DNA from: Trichoplax adhaerens | Taxonomy: Eukaryota; Animalia; Placozoa | Reading direction: 5' to 3' | Assembly: GCF_000150275.1 (NCBI RefSeq) | Contig: NW_002060956.1 | Location: 649,379-713,378 of the forward strand | Length of the DNA stretch: 64,000 nt | In this document: one piece after another, positions 39,901 to 53,418 of the stretch | How positions within the stretch are numbered: position 1 is the stretch's first letter | How the letters are laid out: every line of letters starts with the position of its first letter | The notes under the pieces: generated by a model | What the model was told of the DNA's origin: nothing | What the model saw: only the letters and a program-made list of their open reading frames with translations | Databases searched by the model: none | Position numbers and translations under genes: made by a program

Positions 39901-42900
39901 GTATTATTTTAATAATTTAATAGAATAGTATTCATTTACATAGTTACAATTCTCTTGATAGGCACAGGACTAGTATAGTGCAGTTTTATTCTGCAAGCAG
40001 CAAATAGAACTTGCATTACATCCAATCTATCAGGGATGTGTGTACAATATCTACACTTATTAGCCTAAAAATATCTAATGTATGGCACCAAAAACAGATT
40101 ATAAAGTCTTGTTATTAAAGCGATTACTTAGAAGATTTTATGATTATATTAAAGGATATCTCCACTATTCTATTCAATAAAAATATCAGTTTTATTCAAC
40201 AATAATTTGAATGTAGAAAATTTTAATTGAATATGATAACTTATAAATCCTTATTACCATCTGCCGAAGACTCCTTATGAAAATGGAAAACTTTTCAATA
40301 TGCGTGTCAAAGTGTAACTTATAACTTCTAGATTGAGTTCAATAACTTTATAACAGTCTAGCAATAGCTGTTAGGCTTACTAAATATATTATAGCGGTAA
40401 CAAGGCACTGGCTGCTACTGCTATAAATCAACGAAGGTTTGCAGGTAAAACGGATATGAATGGACTCATAGTATTGTTATTCGCGGTTAATTAAATTTTG
40501 TGCTATTGGTATGCGCCATTTATAATATCTGATTTAAATTAAGAAGATATCAGATCAATGATTAGTTGTTATCATAGATAAAGCGATAGAAATTTTACTA
40601 TCAACGAAGGAATCATTAACAAAATACATGTAAATTGACAGCGATATTTATTTTCCAGTTAATTAGAGCTCGTACTATTAATATGTGGGGGATATTTATC
40701 CTAGATCTGCAATCTTTACTAAAAACAATAGCTATAAATGGAAAGACTGCTTCTGCTACTTAACAGACGAACTAGAATAACGGTTGACTTTCATGAAATA
40801 AAATGTATCATTTAGATCGTTTGTTGTTAATTTTATAAATTCAGGTAATAGCAATCTTACCTAGCAAAATAGCCTATAAATAGTATCATTCAAATTAAGG
40901 AAAGGTATTGCACAAAGACTACAAAGAAAAATACAATAAAATTATAATTAAATGTGTTATGTACTCTTGACAAATCTATTTTTAATCGTAAGTAAAAAAT
41001 AAAGTTTACTATGACGAATTTATTCATTTTACGTTATTACTCATTATAAATTATAGACACTAAAGAATTTCATTACCTGTATAAAATTACAGATAGTACA
41101 GCTTAATGATGATTTGGGCAATAATGTTTTGGAAAATTGCTATTAAATCTATCATTATCTAGAGTATCTAGATGGCTTTATAAGATCCATCTATTTCCAA
41201 GCATATTAAATTTTAATCAATGCGAAATTACTTTCCTTGAACATAATTTACATATTAAGCAATGAGCTGATTTTCAGACGTTTATATCTAATAAAGGAAA
41301 TTAAATTACTTTTTTGTAGATAGTAGACTACAGGGATTTCGATGTTAATATTTTACCATATTTTATTTAATTATTATTCAATTAGTACACAGATTGCCTT
41401 GTCTAAAAGCTGTAAAAATTATCTTCAATATAACTCTTCTGCACTATATTGATTTATTGTATGTGATATTTAAACTTTAACTTATGAAGTGGTCAGTATT
41501 TCTTATGATTACTGAATATACATACTACCAAGTTGTAATAATGTTTAACAAATTATTATCATCGGGATGAATTTTAGTCATAACTATATCATTAATAAGC
41601 AATTTAATAAATAATATTTCAGTTATGATTATTAAATATTCCTTATAATAACAAAAAGGAAATATGATAGCAAAGAGAAGGAAAGTGCTAAAAATTAATA
41701 CTTTACAACTTGACGCTTCATCATACTGCAAGATAAAATCCACTATCATTGTGATGAAATAATATCATAACAACATCAAAATAATATACAGAATTCTAGA
41801 GGTGTTAGTCATTAGTTCAAAATATTTATCAGATCAAAAATTTGATAGGTAAAATACTTCGCTATTGTCGATACTCTATTAATGAATGATAGAGGCACGT
41901 TGTGCGTACACTTAGGATATAATACTGAGCACAAATAGAATTGCGTAACAAATTGTATTATTCAATTAAAAAGTTCTGCTGAAAATTTTCACCTCAATTT
42001 TCTCACGAATCATCTTCAATTATAAGTTCAACGCTTAAATTTTACTCTTGGATAAATTATACTGTCTTTTGTCTATTTATTTGATTCTCTGGTAGTTAAT
42101 GCAGATTATTCATTTTTTACATCTAAATCCGTAACGTATACTACTAAACCTGAATTTTCAAATCCATATTGATATACAATATAGAACTGATTGCTACATA
42201 ACTAAAAGAGCAGCTATATCGTAACTATTATTCAAGATCTCAAATATTCTTTATTTCAGTTGACTCTTGGGGTTATTCTTCAACGACAAAAATTTTAATG
42301 ACTAATCAATCTTCAAAGTCACTTAGTGCTATAATTGATCACTATATTTAAAATCTATTGAGGATGGCATTAATCTTTTCATAGCACATTTATGTCACAG
42401 TACACACTATCAAGGCAAAAAAATCTCTGTGGCGTTATTTGTATATATAGAAACATTACATAATTATTAAACTTACAAGATCGTAAACTTACTGTCTCTA
42501 TATATAATTTTTACAGTACAGAATGCCATTGTATCCAAGTTGAGAAAAATTGTTGATAGGTGTTACTTCCCGTTTAACTGCTAAAGCTAATAAAATTGAT
42601 CTGACCTTAACAATCTATTATTATTAATGATTTCAATGCGTTGCAGTATTTTTAAATACTAATTTATCATAAATAAAACAAAAACATTCCGGATATTTAG
42701 TTACATTGGATCGATACGCTATGTTTTTATTTTACTTTTGTTTCATTTACTATTTGTTCCTGAGCATATGCGTACATAATAGTTATCGGCGTAATTTATC
42801 TGTTCCTAATTTAGGCTATTTATTTACAACTTTTTTAGTAGATATATCAGTTTAAAAATTACATCATTTTTGTTATAGTGACTTAATCGAATGGCAACAA

Positions 42901-45900
42901 TATAACGGCGATGGGAATCCGCCAGTAGTGCGTCTTATTAAGTAAATAATTATGACTGCTATTAATGAGTTCAATTTTACTAATTAAATAGTAATTAATA
43001 ATTTCAAAGCTGGGAATCTCATTTTAGACATGTTAAGTTTAGATAGCAAATTTCTGTAGTTAACATGGAAATTTTAACTTATTCTTAAAGTATTCCTTTC
43101 AGATGCTAAGTTAATTAAATCCTATCGAGTAAAACTACATTAATAGAATCGAATTTAAGATATTATCGAAATTGTGTCGTGACGTAATTAATGTAGATTA
43201 CACTTAATAATGGCTAATTTATAAATTTGAGTCAATTAAGTTTGTCGTGTCAATCTATCGTAGACTGGCACTTAGCAAGAGAGATTATTCGATCCTATCC
43301 TGAAAAAGTGCTACCAACGTTTTTCTTATTTTGAGTAAGACCTAATTTACTATATCAAATGTACAATATCCATTTAAGTATTTTAGATTAGTGATAAGTT
43401 ACTGAAAATTGTAGTCAATGCATCCTTTGGGATTATATTTTACTGTGAAGGATTTATTCTAGATCATTGTTATCTAATTTTCAATATTATTGTAATTCAA
43501 TGAAAAAATTGATTTGTGTCCTTTTTGACTAGACTAACTACATACTAAAAGTTGTTCTATAGCGATACCATCTGTTTTAAATGAAAATCAATCATTTCAT
43601 TTCCGCTCATTTTTAATCCTTATTCCAAACTTACTAGGTTAATAAGGATAGATCTGTATAATAAACCTATAAGGAAAAAAATTATCCAAAGTTTATGAAT
43701 GAATAAGTAATAGGGATTGCTACAGCTGTAATTCAGGGCATGAATTTAGCTAATATCTTGAGATTAAATATCTTTTGGTCTATCATGCATGTATACAGTA
43801 TAATGCATCTCTGATAATAGCATCTTCGCTAATGAGTTAAAGGTTATTGATATAAAATCAGTTACTATTTGAATACATTTGAAAAACTAGAAGTATTCGA
43901 GTCGATTTTGGGATGCTATTGTGTTAACATCTGAGCAATTTTGAATGGTTATAGACGTTAACATAAAACGAAATATTCCACCCGCAAAAGATTAATTTGA
44001 TTTTTTTGTCTAGACATCTATCGAAAACTTTTATTTGTAAAATAACAAGAATTGATACCTACTTCTGGCACAACGGCTTTTAAACAGGTGCTAGACCAGA
44101 TAATAATATCAATAACAACAAAAGACAATCTTCTATATATTAATGACAATATCTAATTACTAATATGGAGATGATGTACTTCAGTAGTTCTAATTGAAAT
44201 GCTAAAAATGAAATTATCAGATCATATTAATCATTGCATTGTATATTTTTAATATATAAATATCGGCTACAATAGATTCAATAGGCGTTCACTGTACAAC
44301 GAAATATATGTAGGTATATATAACATATATATTACGGTATTTAGGCTACTTTTGTAGCATTATATTGCTGTATTTAAGCAGTTAGGATATATAATAAGAT
44401 ATACGATAATGCTAGATAAAATATTTGAATAAGATTACAATGAAACTATAGAAATAAATTCATTAGCATCAAATTATTTACTACCGGTTTTAAGATGATT
44501 TTCTAAATGCCTGGTTGTCATATTTTCCTATTAAATTAATAGCTATTACTCCAATTGTTTTTTCCTTTTGATTTTGCTTACACTCACTTACGTCAATTCT
44601 TGCAACAAAGCTATTTGTGGTAATTATTATCGATGGTATTGTTTACAATTAATAAAAATCTAGACTAATGAGGCATATTATTGTGATATCATAAAATATC
44701 ATCTGATTTTTTCCAAAATAGGAAAATGAAGTAAGTAATAGATATAATGAGGAACATCGATTATAAAAATTGGGAGAATAAATATACTTATATGTATTTC
44801 TTTATGTCGTTAGCAGCTTGTATAATATTTAATCCTAAAAAATAGAGTATAGTAATTATCACAGTTTAATTAGCCAATAGCTGATATAATTTTCCAATTA
44901 CGCTACTGGCATAATCTTAAAATAGCAATTTGTTTTAGGTATAGAATAGAAATAAGACAGAGTAAAAACTTTGCAGATTGAGTATATACAGTATATATTA
45001 TATGTTATTGTATTGGCATGTTCAAAGGCACTTTAATTGCCTTTATTAATTCTATTTTAAAGTTTTAGAATTTAAGACGAACGATATTAATTCTAATAAT
45101 AGTTAAATCAATCAATTGTGAATACATGTGGTGTTGATCAATTGAAACGTAGACCAATACCAATAGACAGGTGATCAGTTGCACTTGAATTAAAAAGCTT
45201 ACTATTAAATAAAAAAGCAAACAGTAAAAAGTTAAAGCAATACCATTGGGAACAATGATATACTTATCAATAAGATTGAATATGTGATCTACTAAGGTAA
45301 CTTTAATTTAATCTTCGCAAAACAGTATAAATAGGATTGACTGATGAAAAATTCGTCATTCTCATTAACCGATTTTAATATTTGGAAATCCTTGTTAGCA
45401 CAACTTATCGCGAAAGCAAATATATTATAGGTGAGAAAATTAAGAAAATCAGTTAAATTTTAATCATATCTCGTAATTCAATTTACAAATTTTGATTTTA
45501 CCTTTGTAAATGATCTACGACATATGCTGTATGACTATATTCACATTGAGTTTATACTCCTTTCCAATATCTTTGTTGAAAATTTATCGACTACTCCAAT
45601 TTTTATCTACTCTTTATTAACTTGATATTAGTCTAATTGAAGTTATAGAGTAGCAATTGAAAATAGTTTTATTTGCATTAAAAAATATCTTGTCTAAGTA
45701 CGGTATAATTGCATCCAAATTCACTTCAACGATATCACGCATAAATATGAGATGGATAATTAGTTTTCTTTACCTAATATGAATTAGTTGCGATATGTTT
45801 TAATGACAAATGGTAAAGGAGATACAAGAGAAAATATAGGCATTCAGCCGTGATGATTACATGTTTATTTTTAGCATTAATTTTTATCCGCCATTGACTG

Positions 45901-46683
45901 TTTACTGTGTTTTAGGGTCAAAAAATAACTCTCACGTTATAAATCAGTAAATATAAGTAAATCTTGCTTTATAGTTTTATGCCTAGAGCAAATTTTATTT
46001 ATTACATAGCAGATGCATTCCTTAAAGGTTAGGTTCATTTATAAAATGAAAAATTATCGTAAAGCTAATCAATCATGTTGTCCTTGAGAAATGGTTTACT
46101 TAGTATGATACACACATTGCGCAATAACTAAGTTATTAGTTGTTTTTTATTGTTATCATTATACTTTTTGACATTTTGTCCAATATTTTTATCTTTTCGA
46201 GTGATTACGCCTTATTTTTCTGATCTGAATTGGCTGATTTATGTAATAATACAAACCGGTTTAAATGAATCGATTTCCTGAAAGAAATCCTTCATTAGAT
46301 ATATTATAACTCTGTGTAATTTTGCATAATTATATGAAAATATTTAGTACTGTATAGTATTAGTTGCTTGACGGATGATCAATACTGCTTTCTCATGATG
46401 AATAGCTACTAACTGTTGGGATACATCTTTATCGGATATGTAACCAAAGTGAGTAGTCATGGCTACTTAATTAAAGAAGATGAAACATACTATTACTTTG
46501 TTTGAGTGTTATTGTTACGTGAACAACTGTTATCGAGATCTTTTCTCTAAACATAATTTTTGTTTAAACTAATTACAAATGATATGTTTTTCATTAGGTT
46601 TGATTTAGGCGTGTTAACATTGAACTATTAAAAATAAATGTATTCATGTATTTATACTATCTTCCTGATTATATCTTTTAGAA

Positions 46684-48928
46684 ATGAAGCAAATTGCCCT
46701 CATTTTTTTCTTGACAGCAGCTATCGTATTTGCTACGGTTAATGCAGAAGGTGAGAATGTGTTTAGAATCCATTCGCTATATATTTTAGCAAATTATTTC
46801 CTTTAAATTCTAATCTGTTGGGATCTATGGCGAAAAATTGACTTTTTGATTTTTTGCCGTAAAAATTTTCTTAGCCACAAATATGATGAATAATACGACT
46901 TGTGTTCTTAACTACTTTATCTTTATGAAGTTAAAATAGAAATCCCAATTTATATTACGGATTCGAAACAAAAATAACTCCATCAATGTGTTATTGTTTA
47001 ATTTTGCACAATCCCCATTATCGATCTAATCGTTATATAATGCTTTAGGAAATTTGGAAAGTATATTCAATGCCAAGCGCGAAGATCAGGCCAATTTAAA
47101 AAGTATATTCGGCGGTAAGCGTGAAGATCAAGCTAATTTGAAAAGTATATTTGGTGGTAAGCGTGAAGATCAAGCTAATTTGAAGAGCATATTCGGTGGT
47201 AAACGTGAAGATCAAGCTAATTTGAAGAGCATATTCGGTGGTAAACGCGAAGATCAAGCTAATTTGAAAAGTATATTCGGTGGTAAACGCGAAGATCAAG
47301 CTAATTTGAAAAGTATATTCGGTGGTAAACGCGAAGATCAAGCTAATTTGAAGAGTATATTCGGTGGTAAACGCGAAGATCAAGCTAATTTGAAGAGTAT
47401 ATTCGGTGGTAAACGCGAAGATCAAGCTAATTTGAAAAGTATATTCGGTGGTAAACGCGAAGATCAAGCTAATTTGAAAAGTATATTCGGCGGTAAACGC
47501 GAAGATCAAGCTAATTTGAAGAGTATTTTCGGCGGTAAACGTGAAGATCAAGCTAATTTGAAGAGTATCTTCGGTGGTAAACGCGAAGATCAAGCTAATT
47601 TGAAGAGTATATTCGGTGGTAAACGCGACGATCAAGCTAATTTGAAGAGTATTTTCGGCGGTAAACGCGACGATCAAGCTAATTTGAAAAGTATTTTCGG
47701 CGGTAAACGCGAAGATCAAGCTAATTTGAAGAGTATCTTCGGTGGTAAACGCGACGATCAAGCTAATTTAAAAAGTATATTTGGCGGTAAACGCGAAGAT
47801 CAAGCTAATTTAAAAAGTATTTTCGGCGGTAAACGTGAAGATCAAGCTAACTTAAAGAGTATTTTCGGCGGTAAACGTGAAGATCAAGCTAATTTGAAAA
47901 GTATTTTCGGTGGCAGACGTGAAGATCAAGCAAACTTAAAGAGTATTTTCGGTGGTAAACGCGAAGATCAGGCTAATTTGAAGAGCATATTCGGCGGCAA
48001 GCGTGAAGATCAAGCTAACTTGAAGAGTATTTTCGGCGGTAAACGCGAAGATCAAGCTAATTTGAAGAGTATCTTCGGTGGTAAACGCGAAGATCAAGCT
48101 AATTTAAAAAGTATATTTGGCGGTAAACGCGAAGATCAAGCTAATTTGAAGAGTATTTTCGGTGGTAAACGTGAAGATCAAGCTAATTTAAAAAGTATTT
48201 TCGGTGGCAGACGTGAAGATCAAGCAAACTTAAAGAGTATTTTCGGTGGTAAACGCGAAGATCAGGCTAATTTGAAGAGCATCTTCGGCGGCAAGCGTGA
48301 AGATCAAGCTAACTTGAAGAGTATTTTCGGTGGTAAACGCGAAGATCAAGCTAATTTGAAGAGTATCTTCGGCGGTAAGCGTGAAGATCAAGCTAACTTG
48401 AAGAGTATTTTCGGTGGTAAACGCGAAGATCAAGCTAATTTGAAGAGTATCTTCGGCGGTAAGCGTGAAGATCAAGCTAATTTGAAAAGCATTTTCGGTG
48501 GTAAACGTGAAGATCAAGCTAATTTGAAAAGTATTTTTGGTGGTAAACGCGAAGATCAAGCAAACTTGAAAAGTATATTCGGCGGCAAGCGTAAAGATCG
48601 AGCCAATTCGAAGAAAAAATTTGGCTGTAAATGCAAAGGTCGAGGTAATATGAAGAGCATGCTCGGTGGTAAACGTGAAGATCAAGCAAACTTGAAAAGT
48701 ATTTTTGATGGAAAGCGTGAAGATCAAGCTAATTTGAAAAGTATTTTCGGTGGTAAACGCGAAGATCAAGCTAATTTAAAGAGTATTTTCGGTGGTAAAC
48801 GTGGAGATCAAGCTAATTTGAAGAGTATTTACGGTGGTAAACGCGAAGATCAAGCTAATTTGAAGAGTATTTACGGTGGTAAACGCGAAGATCAAGCTAA
48901 TTTGAAGAGTATTTTCGGTGGCAAATAG
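46684..48928 (+). CDS. Placozoan SIFGamide neuropeptide precursor
   Basis: Signal exon 46684-46750 (MKQIALIFFLTAAIVFATVNAEG) and a phase-1 intron to 47049, then NLESIFNAKR and 44 units of 14 codons (the last is 13), mostly EDQANLKSIFG-G-KR with amidation and dibasic cleavage sites. Confidence 0.97.
47081..48925 (+). repeat. Coding tandem array of 44 x 42-bp units
   Basis: GAAGATCAAGCTAATTTGAAGAGTATTTTCGGTGGTAAACGC repeated, with mostly synonymous variation. Confidence 0.97.
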
Positions 48929-49895
48929 AAATAGAATATATTATAAATTAGCTTATTTAGACAATAAACTAAACGAATATTAGACTGAAATGAACATGCA
49001 TACACTAAAGAAATGGGGACGATTGCAATTATAATTCACTAAAAAATTAACATATCATATATTCTATATAAAATGATCGCCTAATCGCTTCGTATTACGG
49101 TTGATAACTTTTAATTCGGGATAATAGTCTAGTTTATTATCATCGTTTACTGCCTATAATCCAGAAAACCTCTATTTACTGGAATAAATATCATTGATTA
49201 CTACCAAGATTTAAATATTAAAATTCGTTTTATGATCTTTCGGTAATAACTAAAATTTAAATAATTATCTTTGGTTCCTTACAACTATCTTTGTCATTAC
49301 TTGATTTCATTTTCGTGAAAATTGTAGTTTATCTTGTGGTTCGCCGATAATAAATACTGATCAACAAAATAAAATTGTACTGTTATGAATGTTTTTCTAG
49401 TCTTACTTATTTTCATTAACCGCAATTTGAATGTGGATAAGCTAGTGCAAACGGCAAAGTCAAAACAGTAAACCCGGTGTCGCCGTTTACAGTAATGAGT
49501 AAAAGTATGATCATAGATGCTACGTATATGAGCTATATACTCTTATGTCAAAGTGGGATCGGGTAGTAAAAGTAACGAAAATATAAAATAACGTTAGACA
49601 AGCTAGTTTTAGAAATAGTGAACATTTACTATAGTAACATGTGCTGACTTGGAACAGTTAATCACTGATGAATCAAACTTTAGCGGCTTTTATTTTGGAG
49701 TGCCCCAAATTTTCTTACTGGATGCGGAGTTTACCAGACTCATACAATGATTGAAATTATTCCGCTACATTAAAGCCAATTTTTAAAGTCCGATTTTGGC
49801 AGATTGTTTAACAAGATAGCAGTCTGATAAGTTTAAGATTTTTATTAATATAATATGTATGAATTAAACATTGAATTTCAGAATAGCACATTAAA

Positions 49896-49965
49896 GAGTA
49901 TGTAGCTTCAGCTCTAAAACCTATCAGATATTGATCGTTAGTAAAAGAGCGTCATATTTATACTC
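49896..49965 (-). promoter_or_regulatory. SECIS element (type II) in the SELENOS 3'UTR
   Basis: Minus strand: helix I GAGUAU/AUACUC, core AUGAC...UGAA, helix II GCUCUUUUACU/GGUUUUAGAGC (three U-U pairs), unpaired AA and apical mini-stem AUCA/UGAU. It lies about 490 nt after the stop. Confidence 0.85.
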
Positions 49966-50451
49966 AAATAGTAAATACCTGTATTAAACCAATTACTCAA
50001 GAATTATAATTTTAGAATAAAGCACTTTAAAAACTAATAGTAAGTTATTTTAGTCAGTGAAATATTGATATTAAATGAACATGGAATAAAATTCATCGAT
50101 TGTAAAAGTAGTCATTTACACAGTAGGCTTCATCCAATACATGAAAATTACAGTAGCATGTTCCAATTTAATATTATACGCGTATCTAATCATTTTATGA
50201 AGCAAAACCATCAATGCAGGTTCTTAAGCATTGTAGCAGTTTTACATGCATACTATGTCTCTCTCTCTATATCGTTTAATCAATAGTCCATTTACATACT
50301 GCATGGCAAGGTACAAACCTACTGTATTTGGATTGATACCATGATCATCCCGTAGATTATTAGATACATCTCGTCATTATTGTAATTTAATACAGAATAT
50401 CATTATACAATCGTAATTGGTTCCACTAGGCTGCTAAATTGCAGGCTTGAT

Positions 50452-53418
50452 TTAACCTCATCCACCACCTCCTCGAGCACCACCTTTACCGTGGATTAGT
50501 ACGATAAATAAAGCAATAATTAAGGATCAATTAGCTGTTTAAAATTTGTAATTTTGGGGGTAGAAATCAAACTATGAGATCAAAAAGTCTAATCATTGAA
50601 ATGTTCATCGATAGAAACGTATTTAAAATTGTACATTTGCATGAACAAAGTGATAATTTCGTTGTAATGTTTTCTTACTTATTACATTATAAATGCTTTA
50701 CAAGCACAAGCGCAGTTAGAGAATGATAAATATAGTGTACCTGAACGGCGACTGGGCCGGTATGAAGACATTGCTCCACCTCCAGTTAAAGGATTATAAT
50801 TATCTTTTAAAGAAAGCACATAAATTAGCTCATCTCTTTTTTTTAAGTATCGCCTGGTATTATGACTTACGAACGGTATTGTAATTATTTGTGCATGTAA
50901 AACTTATAACAAATCATTTCTTGTCAAGAATTATAGTTAAAAAACTAAGTTAATATATCTTAATGATGTGAAGGTCATGGTCAAAGTTAACGAAACAGCG
51001 TTTGATTAGAGTATTTACAAAAAATTTCTGATAATTCTAATTAAGATCATTATGGCAGAAATTATCATTTTAATGCATAGCTATTAATACTTCCGCCAGC
51101 AGTGCTAAACAGCCAGATGATGTTGCTATCTATTCACTGCGATAATACTCCGAAAAATGTTTACAATGATAGATTATGTGTTAATAAGTGGACCATTATT
51201 ATCAAATATGGGTATGATACAGATATATCAGTTTTTGTTAATACGCGTGTACATAGCATTATAAAACCAAGACATTTAGCATCTTTCTACCATATTACCT
51301 CTCCAAGATGTTTTATTAGCATTACGTTTGTTTTGAGCTTTAGAATTCTAAAATTCGACATATATATGCATAAAACAGTACGAGTTTTATTTGACGTTCA
51401 CTGTATGAGGAGTCAAGCAGTAGAAGTAGTATCAATAACATACATGACTTACATCAGGTTTATCCTTTGAATCAGGGTCATGTAATCTTCGACCATTACC
51501 GAGTAATTTACTTTCAAGTTTTAAAATATCATTTTGGCGTTTGATTTCATCTTGCTAATTGGTTTCATATCGCAAAATAAAGATTGTCATACAATACGAG
51601 AAAGGAAATTATTATCATTGTCATAATAAAGCTCTCTGCATATGATAAGATGAGTGTATTGGATATAAATTCACGAATACATTGTAATTTATTTTACTCT
51701 TATCATCTATCATCATGTTCTGTAGTGTATACTCAGTGTGGCTACGGATATATATAATTAATTACTATAAGAGCAAGTTTTATATTTTATAGCGTAATTT
51801 ACAATAAGATCCTAGAAATAATTAATAAGGTCAGCGTGTAAATTAACTAGTTGGATGGCATTTATTGAGATTAGCATATCATCTAACGACATATCTTTAA
51901 TGTAAACAGTAAATATTATATATTGTAGCGTAAAATATGGTAAAGACTCAACAGAGTATAGTATCCAGCGTGAGCAATATTTTATTTTGAAATTCAATTC
52001 AATTTAACTTACTGACCTGTTTCCTTTTTTCAATGTATGATTGCACATTAAGATTATAGTCTTCCTGCAACTTTGCTCGGGCAGCAAGCATTTTTTCATT
52101 TCTGGCCAATGCTTCAGATGAGTCTAATTTAAACAAACGATGTATAGCCAATACTAAATTTAGCCAGATGACTCATCCGTGTTATAATATATCAAGTGTA
52201 TTAAATTGTGCTTTGAGGTTGAACTTTTTTGCACTACATACAATATTACTGTACAGTACATATTTACTCTGCGTTAATTTAACAAATACACAATTAACTT
52301 GTAATGTTATGTAAGTTCAACTTGACCACAACAGTTTAGAAACATTGACATTATGAGTCATAATCAAAAACTTCTTGTCAATAGTATCATACACATATCT
52401 GCATCTTATACAAGTATAATGTATGAAGCAACCATCATAGTCCTGTACTTAATACCGTCATTGGGTTGAATTCTTACCATTTTTTTTTGCATTGGCTGCC
52501 TTATTCTGGTGATATTGAATCTTTTGACGATTGCTGATTGCAGGTTTTAATTTATTGGTCCATAAATAGTACCCAATGGCAGCAACAATAACAGCCAACC
52601 AACAGAATATCCCAAGGTATTCTAACAGTCAAAATCTATCGATTAACGCTAAAGATTTTTTTTACATAATACAAAACTATCGAAACTATACTACGGTTAC
52701 GTCATGGAATCAGTTACTATCATGATTATCTATCTTAGTAGTCAAGTGGGAAAAGGTATACTTTATCATTTTTGTACAACGTTTTTTTTTATGTAAATAC
52801 AGATATTTTCATACTATCATTTTGCATAGAATTCTACGCAAAATGTCGGGCATATACAGTATATACGTAAGATTGTACAAGATATGTAAAAAATACAGAA
52901 CGCTGATAGTTCGATTATTAATGCTTGCTCAGTAGAATTGTGAATGTCTACAGATTAATTCGTATAGTACAAGTCGATTTCTTGGCAACAATTAGAAAAT
53001 GCATCCAAATGTCGCCCTAAAGCTTCTAGTATATTAATACCTATTTGCTACTAGAGAAATCGGATCACCCTGAAAGAACAACTCCTATAAATACTGTACA
53101 TGGATAAGGAGCATCCACTTGCACAAAGGCAATCTAGACTTCGAAAAGACGCTTCCCCCTGCCGATACTTTTAGTAGTTTTACTTTACACTCATCACTCA
53201 TGTCGCTTTTAACCCCTTCATTCATCAGTGGGTTATTATGATAATCCCATAGCCGTTGGCTAGCTAGTAGGCGATTATTCCTAGGTTGTCTCCAATCCGG
53301 TTAATAATAAAGGTCAAAAATTTGCTAGTGTACATCAAATTTGGTAAATACCTGTCGAGATGTAATCCGTCCGTTGACTTGAATTGTCTTCAAATGGGGG
53401 GGCATCATCTTGAGCCAT
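50452..53418 (-). CDS. SELENOS: Selenoprotein S (VIMP), 7 exons, 187 aa, Sec as the penultimate residue
   Basis: Exons 53418-53352, 52621-52478, 52123-52017, 51554-51453, 51347-51299, 50803-50741 and 50483-50452 are all GT-AG and in phase. The protein has a single TM helix (YLGIFCWLAVIVAAIGYYLW), the helix MLAARAKLQEDYN and the tail NYNPLTGGGAMSSYRPSRRSGGARGGGG-U(TGA 50460-50458)-G*. Confidence 0.92.

Noticed and set aside
37000-46000. Scattered 60-100 aa ORFs in the AT-rich desert
   Set aside because: Low-complexity composition, with no motifs and no coherent exon chains found by eye.
47096-48769. Minus-strand ORFs of 221 and 179 aa with a repeated QISLIFAFTTE
   Set aside because: These are antisense shadows of the 42-bp SIFG coding repeat, with no independent coding signal.
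47081-48925. CRISPR-like regular array
   Set aside because: The units are contiguous with no unique spacers and encode peptides, and the context is eukaryotic.
50090-50380. Other ATGA..AA..GA SECIS candidates nearer the SELENOS stop
   Set aside because: Helix II does not pair to the required length; only 49896-49965 forms both helices.
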